This document shows, piece after piece, positions 11,212-23,834 of a stretch of DNA of 41,199 nt. This stretch comes from Octopus sinensis (Eukaryota). Both the position numbers and the translations under genes were made by a program. Position 1 is the first letter of the stretch. Every line of letters begins with the position of its first letter. Location: assembly GCF_006345805.1 (NCBI RefSeq), contig NW_021835309.1:1-41199 (forward strand). Reading direction: 5' to 3'. The notes under the pieces are model-generated. The model was not told the DNA's origin. It was given only the letters and a program-made list of their open reading frames with translations, and did not search any database.

Positions 11212-12771
11212 TTTGGTTTCCCAGCAATTCTCCTCAGATCGTGCAAACGTGCCCTGGCAAAACCACTACAGATTTTCCTCCAGTTTTTTGCAAATGGCAA
11301 GCTGCCAAGGAAACAAAAGGAGGGAATAATATGCCCAATCCATAAAGAAGGAAGAAGAACTTATGCAAAAAATGATAGGCCTATCTTTCTGATTTCACGC
11401 ACCAGCGAAGTCATGGAACGAATAATCAGAAGGAAACTAATCGCATTCCTTGAAGGAAACAACTTGCTAAGTGATACCCTGCATGGTTTTCGACACAGTT
11501 CCTACAATACTATGACTGAGTGTTGAAGCAGTTACTATAGAACTCAAATGTGGATGTAATATACCTCGACTTTGCAAAATCTTTTGATAAAGTTGATCAT
11601 GGTATGATATGCCACAGACTGCGCGATTTTGTCATAGCTGGGAGACTTGGAGGGTGTTTACATGACTTTCTGAAAGATAGAAGTCTGGCAGTGGTGGCCG
11701 ATGGGGCCACCTCAAAGGAAACACAAATAGTTAGTGGTGTCCCACAGGGTACTCTCTTGGGGCCACTGCTTTTCATAAAGGCCCCCTCAGATATGCTCTC
11801 AACTTCCCAGATAGGCACCGTTGCTAGCTACGCAGACGATATGAAAGTCTTGCAGAAAATACAAAACCCTAGCCATATTTGCACGCCTGCAGCAGAAGTT
11901 GGATGCAGTTTACAGGTGGGTTGAGGACAATAATATGCAGTTTAATGCTGGACAATACCAAGCCCTGCGCTACCAGCACCCAAAACTGAACGCAAATCTT
12001 AAAGGGTACACCGACCCAGGTGGGGATTACAATCCCAGAACATAACTTAGTCGTGACTTGGGTATCGATATGTGTGATGATACATCTTTTCAAGTGCACA
12101 TAAGCAACACGGCGACAAAGTGCAGACGGCTGACTGGATCCTGCGAGCCTTCAAAACCAGAGAGAAGGAAATCATGATGGTCCTCTGGAGGACATTCGTC
12201 CTCAGCCGCTTTGACTACTGCTCCCAACTATGGTCACCCAACAATGTAAAATTAACAGCGGATCTTGAAGTAATCCAGCGAAACTTCACAAAGAAGAGTG
12301 TCTCATCGCAACAGCTCAGCTACTGGGAAAGGCTAAAACAGATAAGACTCTACTCCCTGGAGCGAAGGCGTGAGAGATATGCAGTAATATACATCTGGAA
12401 GATCCTGGAAGGGATTTGCCAAATTTTGGCATTTAAAGCTACACAAATGCCAGAACGGGTTGCCACTGCATAGTGCCAAAGATCTCAACAATGCTGTCGC
12501 TCTTCAGGACCAGTTACTGCAACAGCCTGGCTTTCAGGGGCTCATGGCTTTTCAATATTCTCCCAAAGAGCCTGAGGGACCTACACAAAGTGGATGTAGG
12601 TGTTTTCAAAACAAAACTGGATCTCTTCCTGCCGAGAGTCCCAGAGGAACCCACCACGCTGCAGGAGGCGCAAATGAGGGCTGCGACATCACACTCTCTT
12701 ATTCACCAAATGTCACATATCAGAGGAGGTCCCAGCATGGTTGCAGCGTTGAGTTGAAACCGATGAAAAAA
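11212..12771 (+). mobile_element. 5'-truncated CR1/L2-group non-LTR retrotransposon, RT pseudogene
   Basis: PIHKEG..RPIFL, HGFR, DVIYLDFAKSFDKVDH, SGVPQGTLLGPLLF, YADD, and C-terminal YCSQLWSP..LYSLERRRERY. Several frameshifts; short A tail. Confidence 0.95.
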
Positions 12772-13005
12772 TAGTGGTACGTAAATCGATAAAAATTATT
12801 TTCCCTTAGACTCTTCATTTATTTGTGAAATGCGACTTTCTACATGTTGGAAAAGGTCAATAGCTCTCTTCTGAGGGCCGCTAGATACTCGGGACCACTT
12901 CCATTGTCTTCGGCGTGAAATTTTACACAAGAATTAGCTTTTAGCTTTTATATCCATGCTGAAGTTTTCTTTCTATTCGCGGACACACATACGCACACAT
13001 ACACA

Positions 13006-13041
<36 letters not shown>

Positions 13042-13189
13042 TCATCATGTATACTCATCAAAAATGGGGACTGGTACCAATATTCTCACGTGGTACGCTT
13101 AACGAATTGAGACGATCTTTTCGTATGAAATTATTGGTTGCCTTAAGCCACAAATAGTGTATATATATATATATATATATGGTGGTAGT

Positions 13190-13276
<87 letters not shown>

Positions 13277-13489
13277 TATTCTTGGTCTTGTAACTATTGT
13301 TGCTATTGTAGAACGTTTCAGAAATGAGATTCGCAACAAGCTTTTATCAATTGGAAACAAACTGTAAGCAACGTCGGAAGTTACAGACCAAGTAGTGGGA
13401 GGTAGAAAGGGAGGGAAGGATAGTGTTAGGTGTTATGAAGTTTGTGAGGGAGGAGGGGGAGAAGAATGAAGGCCAGAGTGCTAGACAAA

Positions 13490-13526
13490 CATATATACAT
13501 ACATACATATATATATATATACACAC

Positions 13527-13599
<73 letters not shown>

Positions 13600-14195
13600 A
13601 TATGTAGAGAGAGAGAGACACACACACACACATATAGATATACACGCGCGCACACACACATACACACACACACACACCACACACAAACCAGCAGACGGAC
13701 GGATGGACAGACGGACAAACAGGTATTCCGTTCGGTCAGTTGATTAAACCACGGAGCAAATATTAGTCTTTTATGAAGAATAATGTCAGAGGTCAGTGAG
13801 GTCAAGTTACCGAAATTGCACTTCACAAGAAGCAACTTCTCTTTTATTTCCGTATAAGGAAACGGAATATGAAAAAGCTAAGAAAAGGCAAGTGGGAAGA
13901 GGAGGCGGGATCGAATCGCACCCATAGAGACATGTACACACGCACATACGCACAAACACGTACAAACAGGTATACATACACACGCGTCCATAAACTCATT
14001 CATACACATATGCACTATAACACATACACACACAAACGTAGTGCACGCACATACTTGGTCAAACATATACACGTACACACACTCTCTCTCACACACACAC
14101 ATGCACTGTAATACGTGCACGCACACATACAGGCATAGAGAAAAGCAGATGTGAACACACTTACGTACTCGCATTTGCTTTTATATACATGCAAG

Positions 14196-14255
<60 letters not shown>

Positions 14256-14377
14256 CACATACACACATATATATATGTATATAGACACACACACATATAT
14301 ATACGTACATATACAGACACACGCACGCATTGTAACACAGGCGTACAACACAAAGGAACAGATACACGGACACTTGC

Positions 14378-14413
<36 letters not shown>

Positions 14414-14832
14414 TCACACAAATACACGTATATGCACACATACACACACGTAGACAAATACGCCCACTGTACACATACAGAACAGTTACAGACACACACA
14501 CACACACACACGTACACACACACATACATGCATACATACTGACTTCAACGTACGCAGAACAGACACGCATACACTGTCTCACATACACATAACACACATA
14601 CGTACATGTCGACACACACTATCGTACACACACTTACATACAAGCACCCACTATAACACAGACACACACATCTATCTCTGTGCATACACACACACACACA
14701 TACACACACACGCACGCACATCTATCTCTGTGCACACACATACATACACACACGCACATCTATCTCTGTGCACACATACACACATACACACACACACATA
14801 CACACACACACGCACATCTATCTCTGTGCACA

Positions 14833-14870
<38 letters not shown>
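13490..14870. repeat. Compound (TA)n/(CA)n/(GA)n microsatellite field with a 4-copy minisatellite (cacatctatctctgtgca..., 14667-14830)
   Basis: Direct inspection. Confidence 0.9.
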
Positions 14871-14874
<4 letters not shown>

Positions 14875-15189
14875 GGTGCACCTTTAATGATTGTGCAAGT
14901 GAACAATGGACTGCTATAGTACCGGAAGGTTTATTAAGTAACAGGGATTGCAGGGTGTGGCTAGAGTACAGGTGCGTAGGAAGAGGTGGAGTGGTATACG
15001 CGGAGGAAGAGTGGGGCGGGGGAAGAGGATAAAAGAAGGCGGGGAGTGAGGAGGGGCAGGGTTTGCGGGTGCAGCTTCTGCTCATGTTAAGTTTTGTTCT
15101 TTGTTACACATGGTGGTGCTCTTGTTGTTGTTTATAATAGCGGTGACGACGACCATAAGTAGAATGAAGCGGGAGAGACGAAGAAAGAT

Positions 15190-15490
15190 GATGATGATGA
15201 CAACGACGTCGACGATGGTGGTGGTGGTGGTTGTGGTGGTGGTAGTGTTGGTGGTGGTGATGGTGGTGGTGGTGATCATGGTGATGATGATAATGGCGAC
15301 TACGATGTGAACGATGATGATGATGATGATGATGACGATGATGATGATGGCGATGACGACGACGATGATGATGATAGAGGTGGTGGTGCTGGTGGTGCTG
15401 GTGCTGGTGGTGGTGGTGGTGCTGGTGGTGGTGGTGCTGGTGGTGGTGGTGCTGGTGGTGGTGGTGCTGGTGGTGGTGAAGATGATGATT
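15190..15490. repeat. (GGT)n/(GAT)n tract with a 15-bp (GGT)4GCT minisatellite
   Basis: Direct inspection. Confidence 0.9.
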
Positions 15491-15527
15491 AAAAAAATGT
15501 TCCGAGGATAACAATAGCAATAAATAT

Positions 15528-15678
15528 TTTCTTTTCTACTCTAGGTACAATGCCCGAAATTTTGGGGGAGGGGACCAGTCGATTTGAACGACCCCAGTAC
15601 GCAACTGGTACTTAATTAATCGACCCCGAAAGGATGAAAAGCAAAGTTGACCTCGGCGGAATTTGAACTTAGAACGTA
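15528..15678 (-). mobile_element. SINE family B, 5'-truncated, with 15-bp TSD
   Basis: Reverse complement has B box gttcaaattcc and ttcatcctttcggggtcgat..aagtaccag. TSD aatagcaataaatat at 15513-15527 and 15679-15693. Homologous to 23133-23361. Confidence 0.88.
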
Positions 15679-15755
15679 AATAGCAATAAATATATTGACG
15701 CTTACAACAATGGCAACGCTATTACTACATGTATATATGCATGTATGTATGTCTA

Positions 15756-15792
<37 letters not shown>

Positions 15793-15833
15793 AGGTATGT
15801 ATGTATGCATGTATGTTCGTATGTGTGTAGTAA

Positions 15834-16135
15834 GGGCCCATAGCCTAGTGGTTATGGTGTTGCACTCACGATCACGAGATCGTAATTTCAATTCTTAGAC
15901 CGGGTGGTGCGTTGTGTTCTTGAGCAAAACACTTCATCTCACGTTGCTCTGCAATCACTTCAACACCTGACACGTCGTACACAGTGCACTTGCTCAGACA
16001 ACGTCGATTTGATGGAGACAGTGAGCTCATGCGCAATACAAACATTTAAATACTATACAGAAATCATTGGTGTACTCATAGGTCGCTCGGCAGTCGCTGA
16101 ACTCTCCTACGTCGTCTTCAACGGGAAAGTTCAAC
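15834..16135 (+). mobile_element. tRNA-derived SINE family C
   Basis: A box tagcctagtgg, degenerate B box, CORE-like gttgtgttcttgagcaaaacacttcat block shared with 35735-36000. Confidence 0.75.
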
Positions 16136-16169
16136 ATACATACATATATATATATATATATAAATAAGC

Positions 16170-16962
16170 CCTGAATTTGAGTCCCAGAGCCTAAAATAGT
16201 GAGGGACCTGGGTATCGACATGAGTGATGATACCTCTTTCGAAGTGCACATTACCAGGATGGTGACAAAGTGCAGACGACTGGCTGCCGGGATCCTGAGA
16301 ACATTCAGAACCAGAGATAAGGAAACCATGATGGTCCTCTGGAAGACATTCGTCCTCAGCCACCTGGATTACTACCGCAGCTATGGTCACCCACTAGTGT
16401 GAAATTAACAGCGGACCTTGAAGCAATCCAAAGAAGGTTGACAAAGAAGAGCGTCTCTTTGCAACTGCTCAGCTACTGGAAAGGCTGAAACAGCTAAGGC
16501 TCTACTCCCTGGAGAGAAGGCTGGAGAGGTATGCAGTTATATACATCTGGAAGATCCTGGAAGGAATTGTGCCAGATTTTGGCTTTGAAAGCTACACCAA
16601 TGCTAGAACGGGACGACACTGCATAGTGCCAAAGATCACAGCAACGCCATCGCGCTTCAGGATCAGTTACTGCAACAGCCTGGGTTTCAGGAACCAACAG
16701 CTTTTCAATATTCTCCCAAAGAACCTGCGGAATCTGCACAAAGTAGATGTAGGCGTTTTTAAGTCAAAGTTGGACCTCTTCCTGTCGAGAGTCCCAGATG
16801 AACCAATATCACAGCAAGAACTGCAAATGAGGGTAGCTACATCAAACTCCATTCTTCACCAAGTGCCACATATTGGAGAAGGCTCTCAGTAGTAACAGTG
16901 TAGCAAAACGGCGGTACATCAGTATGGCCGCAGCTTTGAGCTGAAACTACAGCAAAAAAAAA
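16170..16962 (+). mobile_element. Second 5'-truncated CR1-type LINE (3' end of RT plus tail)
   Basis: Colinear with 12030-12771 (DLGIDMSDD..MMVLWKTFVLS..YSLERR..). Ends in an A10 tail. Confidence 0.93.
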
Positions 16963-17194
16963 ATTGCGTTGGTGCATAATTATTGCACATACACACGCAC
17001 GCACGCACGTTTTCTATGCTGAAAAGTAGAAGAGACGTATTGATAGAATTGGTCTCCAGCGTACGACTGTTACTAATAAGCTTCTGGACCAAGGAAATAT
17101 GATAACGAAGACGGACCTCCAAAGGATTCGAACTTCGAACGATGCGGTTGCAATGCAGTTTAACATCTGAGTTCGTAACCATACAGTACTAATG

Positions 17195-17230
<36 letters not shown>

Positions 17231-17499
17231 ACTCACATTTTTTTTTTCAGATTTGGTATAAATACCTTATATTTAAGAGTAAAGGATATGGGATGTTGGC
17301 GCCTAGATGCCTTTCCCAGAAATAATATCATCACAAGAGAATCGACCTTGCTTCTAGCAAGAATCAGCCTTAACGCTACAACATCGATCTAAACGTCATC
17401 AATCTTAACGCTACGGAAGAATGCTTGTTTTTATTGTTGCTGTCATCATCGTTATGAGAAAAGATGGCTTCGGGTTACGTTCCACTGTGCAACACCTTA

Positions 17500-18440
17500 T
17501 ATATATAGTTGAAATTTACAGATAAACAAAAGATGATGACAGATGCATAAACAACAAGCAGGTGTAATTGTTTGATGCTCGGGAAGGTGAGAAAGTATTT
17601 TACGTTTCGAGCCTGCGCTCTTCAACAGAAAGGAATACGAGAAAATAAACAGAGAGAGAATAAAAAGCAGAGAGAGAATAAAAATCTTTTGGAGTTAGTG
17701 GTTAGTCATGGCGACAGTTTGGACAAATGTAGTTAGACAGGAAGAAGGGGAGATAGTAAAGTACTGGTGATCCCAAAACGGAAGATGCGCATGCGTGTGT
17801 GTATGTGGGAGTGTGTAAGTGTGTAAGTGTGGATAGAGGCTGGGGATTTTGACGTGTGGATGTGTGCGTGTGTAAGTGTGCGCGTCTGTAATGTGTGGGT
17901 GTTTGGATGATGGTGTGGGTGCTGGGAAGTGGTCAGTGCTAGTGTGTTTGGAGTTGTATGGGGGTGGTGTGATGTGGTGTAGTGGTGTTAGGGTCAGGGA
18001 TGTGAAGGTGGGGTAAGAATGTAGGGGTGGGGTATGTAAGAGTGGATGTGAATGGAAGGGGGTATGAATGAAGGGAGGTGGGTAGGAGTGAAGAGAGGAA
18101 GTAGGTGACGGCAAGAAAGGAGAGGAGATGTGGGTAGGAATGAAGAGAAGAAGTAGGTGTCAGATTAAGAGAAGAGAGGAGGGGAGTCAGATGAAGAGGG
18201 GAGGGGAACCCATGTGACGCAAAGGAACAAAGAGAGAAAATAAATTTCTGTTCACGGTGAAGGCGGGAGTCCGGATGGCCCCTGTGCAAAGACAGTCCGA
18301 ACACAGACAGGTGTTGTAATGAATGACCGGTAGAGTGGAAATGGCACGAGCCCCAGGTATCGTTGCCGAGTCTAATGTCTCGGAGATGCTATTTCGTTGG
18401 CGATCGTATCTCGCCAACATCTGTATTTGTCCCCTCTACC
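17500..18440 (-). mobile_element. Penelope-like element 3' fragment: GIY-YIG endonuclease C-terminus, pyrimidine-rich UTR and terminal repeat ending at (TA)n
   Basis: Minus-strand 18425-18185 translates DVGEIR..*HLRDIRLGNDT..HFHSTGHSLQHLSVFGL..SRLHREQKFIFSL..HG, the PLE endonuclease pattern. A hammerhead-like motif lies downstream. Confidence 0.82.
17597..17632 (-). ncRNA. Minimal PLE-type hammerhead-like motif (A6U core variant)
   Basis: ttt-CUGUUGA-A-GAGC gcag GCUC-GAAACGU-A-aaa. Confidence 0.5.
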
Positions 18441-18876
18441 GAAAAGGTAATTATTTCTACGCCTGCTGCTATGTTTGTTGTTTTGTCTCATTTGGTCTAA
18501 AGTCGTATGACAACCACCGTTATATTATATTTTGTTTAACCGTTACCGTTTTCAATTTCGTTTTCGTCTCTCGTATTTACATCCGTCTCGTGCGTTTACA
18601 TTCTTGTCTTCTACCAAGAAATCTAATGCTTACAGCTTAGTTTTTTTTTTTTCTTGGGGCTGGGCCGAGTTGGAGCAAATATCAAGAATTGAACAGCCGA
18701 AATTTGCTATGATGATTCGGTGTCTGACTGAAGATTGAAGGCTTCGAATGATTTGTCTGTGTTCCGTGTTTGTCCCTTCCTGTATTTCACGTTCTTTATA
18801 TATAAAACATTTATTCTTATATATATATATACATAATATAAAATTAATATTGACGATATAGATATAAATATTGACG

Positions 18877-18910
<34 letters not shown>

Positions 18911-19382
18911 GATATATATATATTATATTATATATCGTCAATAATACTTTAATTGTTCCACGTCCTGCGTTGCTGTGTTTTTTTTTTCTCTTTTTTTCTG
19001 TGTTTTCTTGTTTGGATTAACTTTATATATATATAATATAGATAATATATATATATATAATATATATATAGATATATATATATATATATATGTATCTATA
19101 TATAATATATGATGTATGTATGTATGTAGTATGTATGTATGTATGTAGTACGAATGTATGTATGTATGTATGTATGCATATACTGAAAATAAATAAATTG
19201 AATATGATGTCAAAATTTTCATACCTCGAAACTTCGACTGTTTACTGAAGCAAAACATTTTGAACATTTTGTCAGTCAACAGTTTCAGTTTCGAGTGACG
19301 AAAATGTTGACACCATATTTCAAATAATGAACTTGTGTATGTATGTGATTGTGTGCGTGTGTGGTGTGTTATACATATATAT

Positions 19383-19425
<43 letters not shown>

Positions 19426-20419
19426 TATATACTATTCAGAGACAGACAAGAGTTACATACACACACATATTATATATATATTTGTATTGAGAGAGACACA
19501 GAGAGTTACATACATACACACATATATATAAATACACAAACATACACACACAGATGCAAAGACCGTTAACTTCACCTAAACATTTATTTGCATTATCCAT
19601 CATTTGTTTCAGTTTTTAGACTTACTTGAATGCTTGCGCACTTTTAGAAGAGTGAAACTTTGCTAAAAGATACACAAGTGGTCAAAAGGTGAGGGCATTA
19701 AACAGGGCTCGAAGTTAAGTCTACCACTGAAGGTTATTAAGTGATGCCCTGCTACACGGTTTTTGTCTAGTAGAGTTCAGTGGCAATGTTTGAGTTGCTT
19801 GCAGTCTATGGTAGACGTCATTTGTCCGTAGTGCTGCCCAATGAAATTTGAACTCAGAACAACTTGATCGAGAAGCGAAGTTAACCGCTTGCATAATGAT
19901 ATTCAACAAATAAAATACAATCACGTCATCATCATCATCATCACACGCGTCGTCGTCGTCGTCATCCTCATCGTAATCATCATCATCATCATCATCATCA
20001 TCACCATCATCATCAGCAGCAGCAGCGTCGTCATCAGCAATACTCCTACCATCATCAACAATAACAAGAGGCAACTAAGAATGACGTCGGCAACGTAAAG
20101 AATGATAACGAAAGTAATAGATTATAGTGAGAACATGGTGGTGGTGGTGGTGGTGGTGGAGGCGGCTGCGGTGGTGAAGCCAAAGAAAAGGAAGGACAGG
20201 CGAAGCTAAACCTATTCTTATAATGAAGGTCACGGTTTCGATCTCAATTGTTACACTTTGATGAATGGCTTCCTTTGTTTTGATGGATTTTATGGAATTT
20301 CAGCTAAAGACTCACAGACAGACGTGAAGAGATACACGCTCATATATTTATATGTGAGAGTGTGTTCAGATCATGTGATATAAGATTTGGTTGAATAAAT
20401 TCCGATTCGCAAATATGAC

Positions 20420-20810
20420 ACCTAAAAGTTTGTATACGTATGTATGTATATATGTACGTTTGTATATATGTATGTATGTATGTATGTATATATGTATGTT
20501 TGTATGTAGGTATGTATGTATATACGTATGCATGCATGTATGTATACATGTATGTATGTATATATGCACGTTTGTATGTATGTATGCTTGTATATATGTA
20601 TGTTTGTATGTATGTATGCATATATGTATGTATGCATGATTGAGTAGTGCGTTTGTGTGTGAGTGCGTGCATATTTATATATAAACAAATTATATATGTG
20701 CGCTTATACATATAGAGTATGTGTGTAGATGTATATATATGTATATACACACCCACCATATATGTATCACTCTTTCTCTCTCCTCTCTCTCCCTCTCTAC
20801 CCTCTGTGAC

Positions 20811-20844
<34 letters not shown>

Positions 20845-20904
20845 CACGCACATAATACACGCACATAATACACATACACAAAATAGCACCCACTGAACTA
20901 TATA

Positions 20905-20957
<53 letters not shown>

Positions 20958-21064
20958 ATATATATATGTATGTATATATATATATTATATAATATACTTA
21001 TATCTTATATGCATATATATACTTATATGCATATCTTATATATATTATCTGTATATATATATAT

Positions 21065-21101
<37 letters not shown>

Positions 21102-21155
21102 TAATATTATATAAGAGATGCATATAAGTATATTTTTATACACTCTATATATGCT

Positions 21156-21236
<81 letters not shown>

Positions 21237-21276
21237 CACCTAGTGAACTGTATATGTATATATATATATGTATATA

Positions 21277-21323
<47 letters not shown>

Positions 21324-21647
21324 ATGTATGTATTGCATGTTTATAAATATGTATGTGTGTATTTATGTTTCTATATGTGTGTGTGTGTGCCTGTGTGTGT
21401 GTTTGTATGTGTGCGTGTGTGTTTGTGTGTGAGTGTGTACTCCCCTGTCGATATGTGCTCACCACATCTCTCTACTCCACCCCACACGACAGACAACAGG
21501 TAAGCAATTATATTTCCAATACAGAGATAGATGGAACATCTATCTCATAACACCACTCCCTCTGGGAATCCAATGTCATAACACGTGACTGCACCGACCA
21601 ATCAACACCTAGATATCCACCTCACTTCACAGGAAAACGTTATTCAG

Positions 21648-21697
<50 letters not shown>

Positions 21698-21981
21698 TAT
21701 GTATGTATGTATGTATGTATATATATATATGTATATATATGTGTGTGTGTGTGTGTATATATATATACATACCACACACACATATATATACAAGTATATA
21801 CTTACATATATACATATAAACATATATATATATACATATATACATACATATATACTTATATATATAATACATATATATATATACATATTATATATATATA
21901 TATACATATATGTGTGTCTGCACATATACATAACCATGTATATAAAGTGAGAGTGAAAGAGAGAGAGAGAGAGAGAAAATG

Positions 21982-22012
<31 letters not shown>

Positions 22013-22130
22013 CATTATATATAAAAGCATACATATATAATAATAATATTATTAATAATAATGATAATAATAATATAATAATAGTAATAATAATAATAAT
22101 AATAATGATGATGATATATAATGCCTATAC
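20420..22130. repeat. Compound (TA)n/(TATG)n/(TG)n/(AAT)n microsatellite field
   Basis: Direct inspection, with small unique islands. Confidence 0.9.
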
Positions 22131-22841
22131 ATATATAACAATATATAAATGCCAAAATGTGCGTGTACGTAAATGTGTGTGTGTGTTTGTGATTGAATGA
22201 AAACAGATTCTATTGGAGTTTTGAGCCACTATTTTTTTTGTTTTTTTTGTTGATAGTGATTTTTTTTTGTTTTCTACTTTTTGATTAGTTGTTGCTGTTG
22301 TTGATGTTATCGCTCTTGTGGTTGCGTTAGTTATTTCTGATATCCTTAGTATTGGTTTCCTGGGTCTCGTCGTCGTTATTGTGTTGTGAAGGTTTATGGT
22401 GGTGGTTGTACTTTCGGTATTGGTGATGGCGTTGATCGAAATGTTGTTGTGATGCTTAATGAGGTGCTATCGAAAGTGGTGACGGTGGTGGAGACGGTCC
22501 TGGAAGTTGTTGCCATCGAGGATGTAGTGACGGCGAGGCCAACCTAAGTTTGGTTTCCCTGTAGAATTTTGCCTTTCGTTTAACTCCAGATCAGCCTTCA
22601 TCGAGCAGACCTGTCATCAAAGGCATTTCATCGTTTTCGTATGTGCAGCGAACTCAGACTACACTATTCAAAGTCTCCCAAAACTTTAGGGTTTATGGAG
22701 AGTCGAAGTTGGGAACATAAAAAAATAACAGTGGAGACATACCTAATGGAAACAAAATTTTAGAACTTATGAGAGCTACTATCTTTGACGATTCATATTG
22801 TTGTTTGAATGCTCGAAATGAGGAGTAGATAGATATCACAT

Positions 22842-22949
22842 ACACTCCTCTCCATACACTTTCTGCGACTTTGCGTGGACTTCTGATCAGGTATCGCCAA
22901 GCTTTTGGCAACTTTTGATACAGACTCTCTGCTCAACTTTCTCTGTCAT
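22842..22949 (-). pseudogene. mariner transposase N-terminal (HTH) fragment
   Basis: Translates MTEKVEQRVCIKSCQKLGDT*SEVHAKSQKVYGEEC, matching the mariner N-terminal EQRxxIKFCxKLG..VYGxE pattern. Confidence 0.75.
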
Positions 22950-23132
22950 CGACAAGGCGAGGATGGAGGAAAGAAATATTATAGAGTGACATCAAAAAGA
23001 TGAAGATAATCTTACTTGGAAATGGATGCGTGGCGTTCAGTTAAATAATAATAAAAAATTATATATATATATATATATATATGTGTATGCGTGTGTATGT
23101 GTGTGTGCACGCGTGTGTGTGTGTGTATATAT

Positions 23133-23361
23133 AAGGTGAGCTGGCAGAATCGATAGCACACCGGGCGAAATGCTTAGCAGTATTTCGTCTCCCGTTATGT
23201 TCTGGGTTCAAATTCCACTGAGCTCGACTTTGCCATTCATCCTTTCGGAGTCGATTAAATAAGTACCAGTTACGCACTGGATTGGATGTAATCGACTTAA
23301 CTCCTTTGTTTGTCCTTGCTTGTCCCCTCTATGTTTATCCTCTTGTGGGCAATAAAGAAAT
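23133..23361 (+). mobile_element. SINE family B, full length
   Basis: Head aaggtgagctggcagaatcg, B box ggttcaaattcc, ttcatcctttcggagtcgattaaataagtaccag, tail gggcaataaagaaa. Confidence 0.88.
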
Positions 23362-23739
23362 ACACACACACACACATATATATATATATACATATGTATA
23401 TATATATATATTTAATTAATAAGGGTGAGAGAATTAGATACTAATTTAATAGTATATCTATTCTACACCAAGTGGCCTAGTGCTCCGAGAAACCTGGATT
23501 ATTATAATATTTTATAATATCTTATAATATTTTTACAAAATAAATATAAGAGAGTGGTCACTATATGGCTCACTCTAGCACCAGTTAATCCAAAAGGCTT
23601 CAACCACAAAAATACATGTTTCCCATGAAAGTCAGTACGATTGTTAGCTCACACGGACAGGGCACGGATGTAATCAATTGAACCACACGCGTATTTATCG
23701 TTATGGTAAAATCTGGCGTGTGATTGAGTGGATTTCATC

Positions 23740-23834
23740 CAGATAGTTTTGGCTGAGGAGCTACAAGTGGATTTTTTGTAAGTAAAATTACATTTAATTC
23801 ATTAATAGCGAAACAATTGTCCCAAAATAATCTG
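23740..23834 (+). ncRNA. Type I hammerhead ribozyme, array copy 1
   Basis: Helix I cagatagttttgg/ccaaaataatctg (13 positions, 1 mismatch, 1 G-U), CUGAGGA, helix II GCUA/UAGC with extended stem, GAA, helix III ACAAUUGU, GUC cleavage at 23821. Confidence 0.93.

Noticed and set aside
13311-13362. 52-nt candidate exon (ttgtag|...|gtaagc), ERFRNEIRNKLLSIGNK
   Set aside because: Splice sites are plausible but there is no homology or partner exon; a similar-quality candidate exists on the opposite strand at ~13090-13141.
15307-15492. Poly-D plus (GGGGA)n ORF
   Set aside because: Direct product of (GAT)n and (GGT)n repeats.
18440-18820. Probable second PLE-type terminal segment with CTGAAGA at ~18728
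   Set aside because: GAAA and helix III are not intact and there is no coding evidence; family identity cannot be supported from sequence alone.
19613-19688. Strong-looking acceptor and donor pair
   Set aside because: Stops in all three frames.
23665-23750. Antisense hammerhead in the array unit (ctggatga on the minus strand)
   Set aside because: Extra base in the core and no correctly placed GAAA or helices, so no evidence for an ambisense ribozyme.
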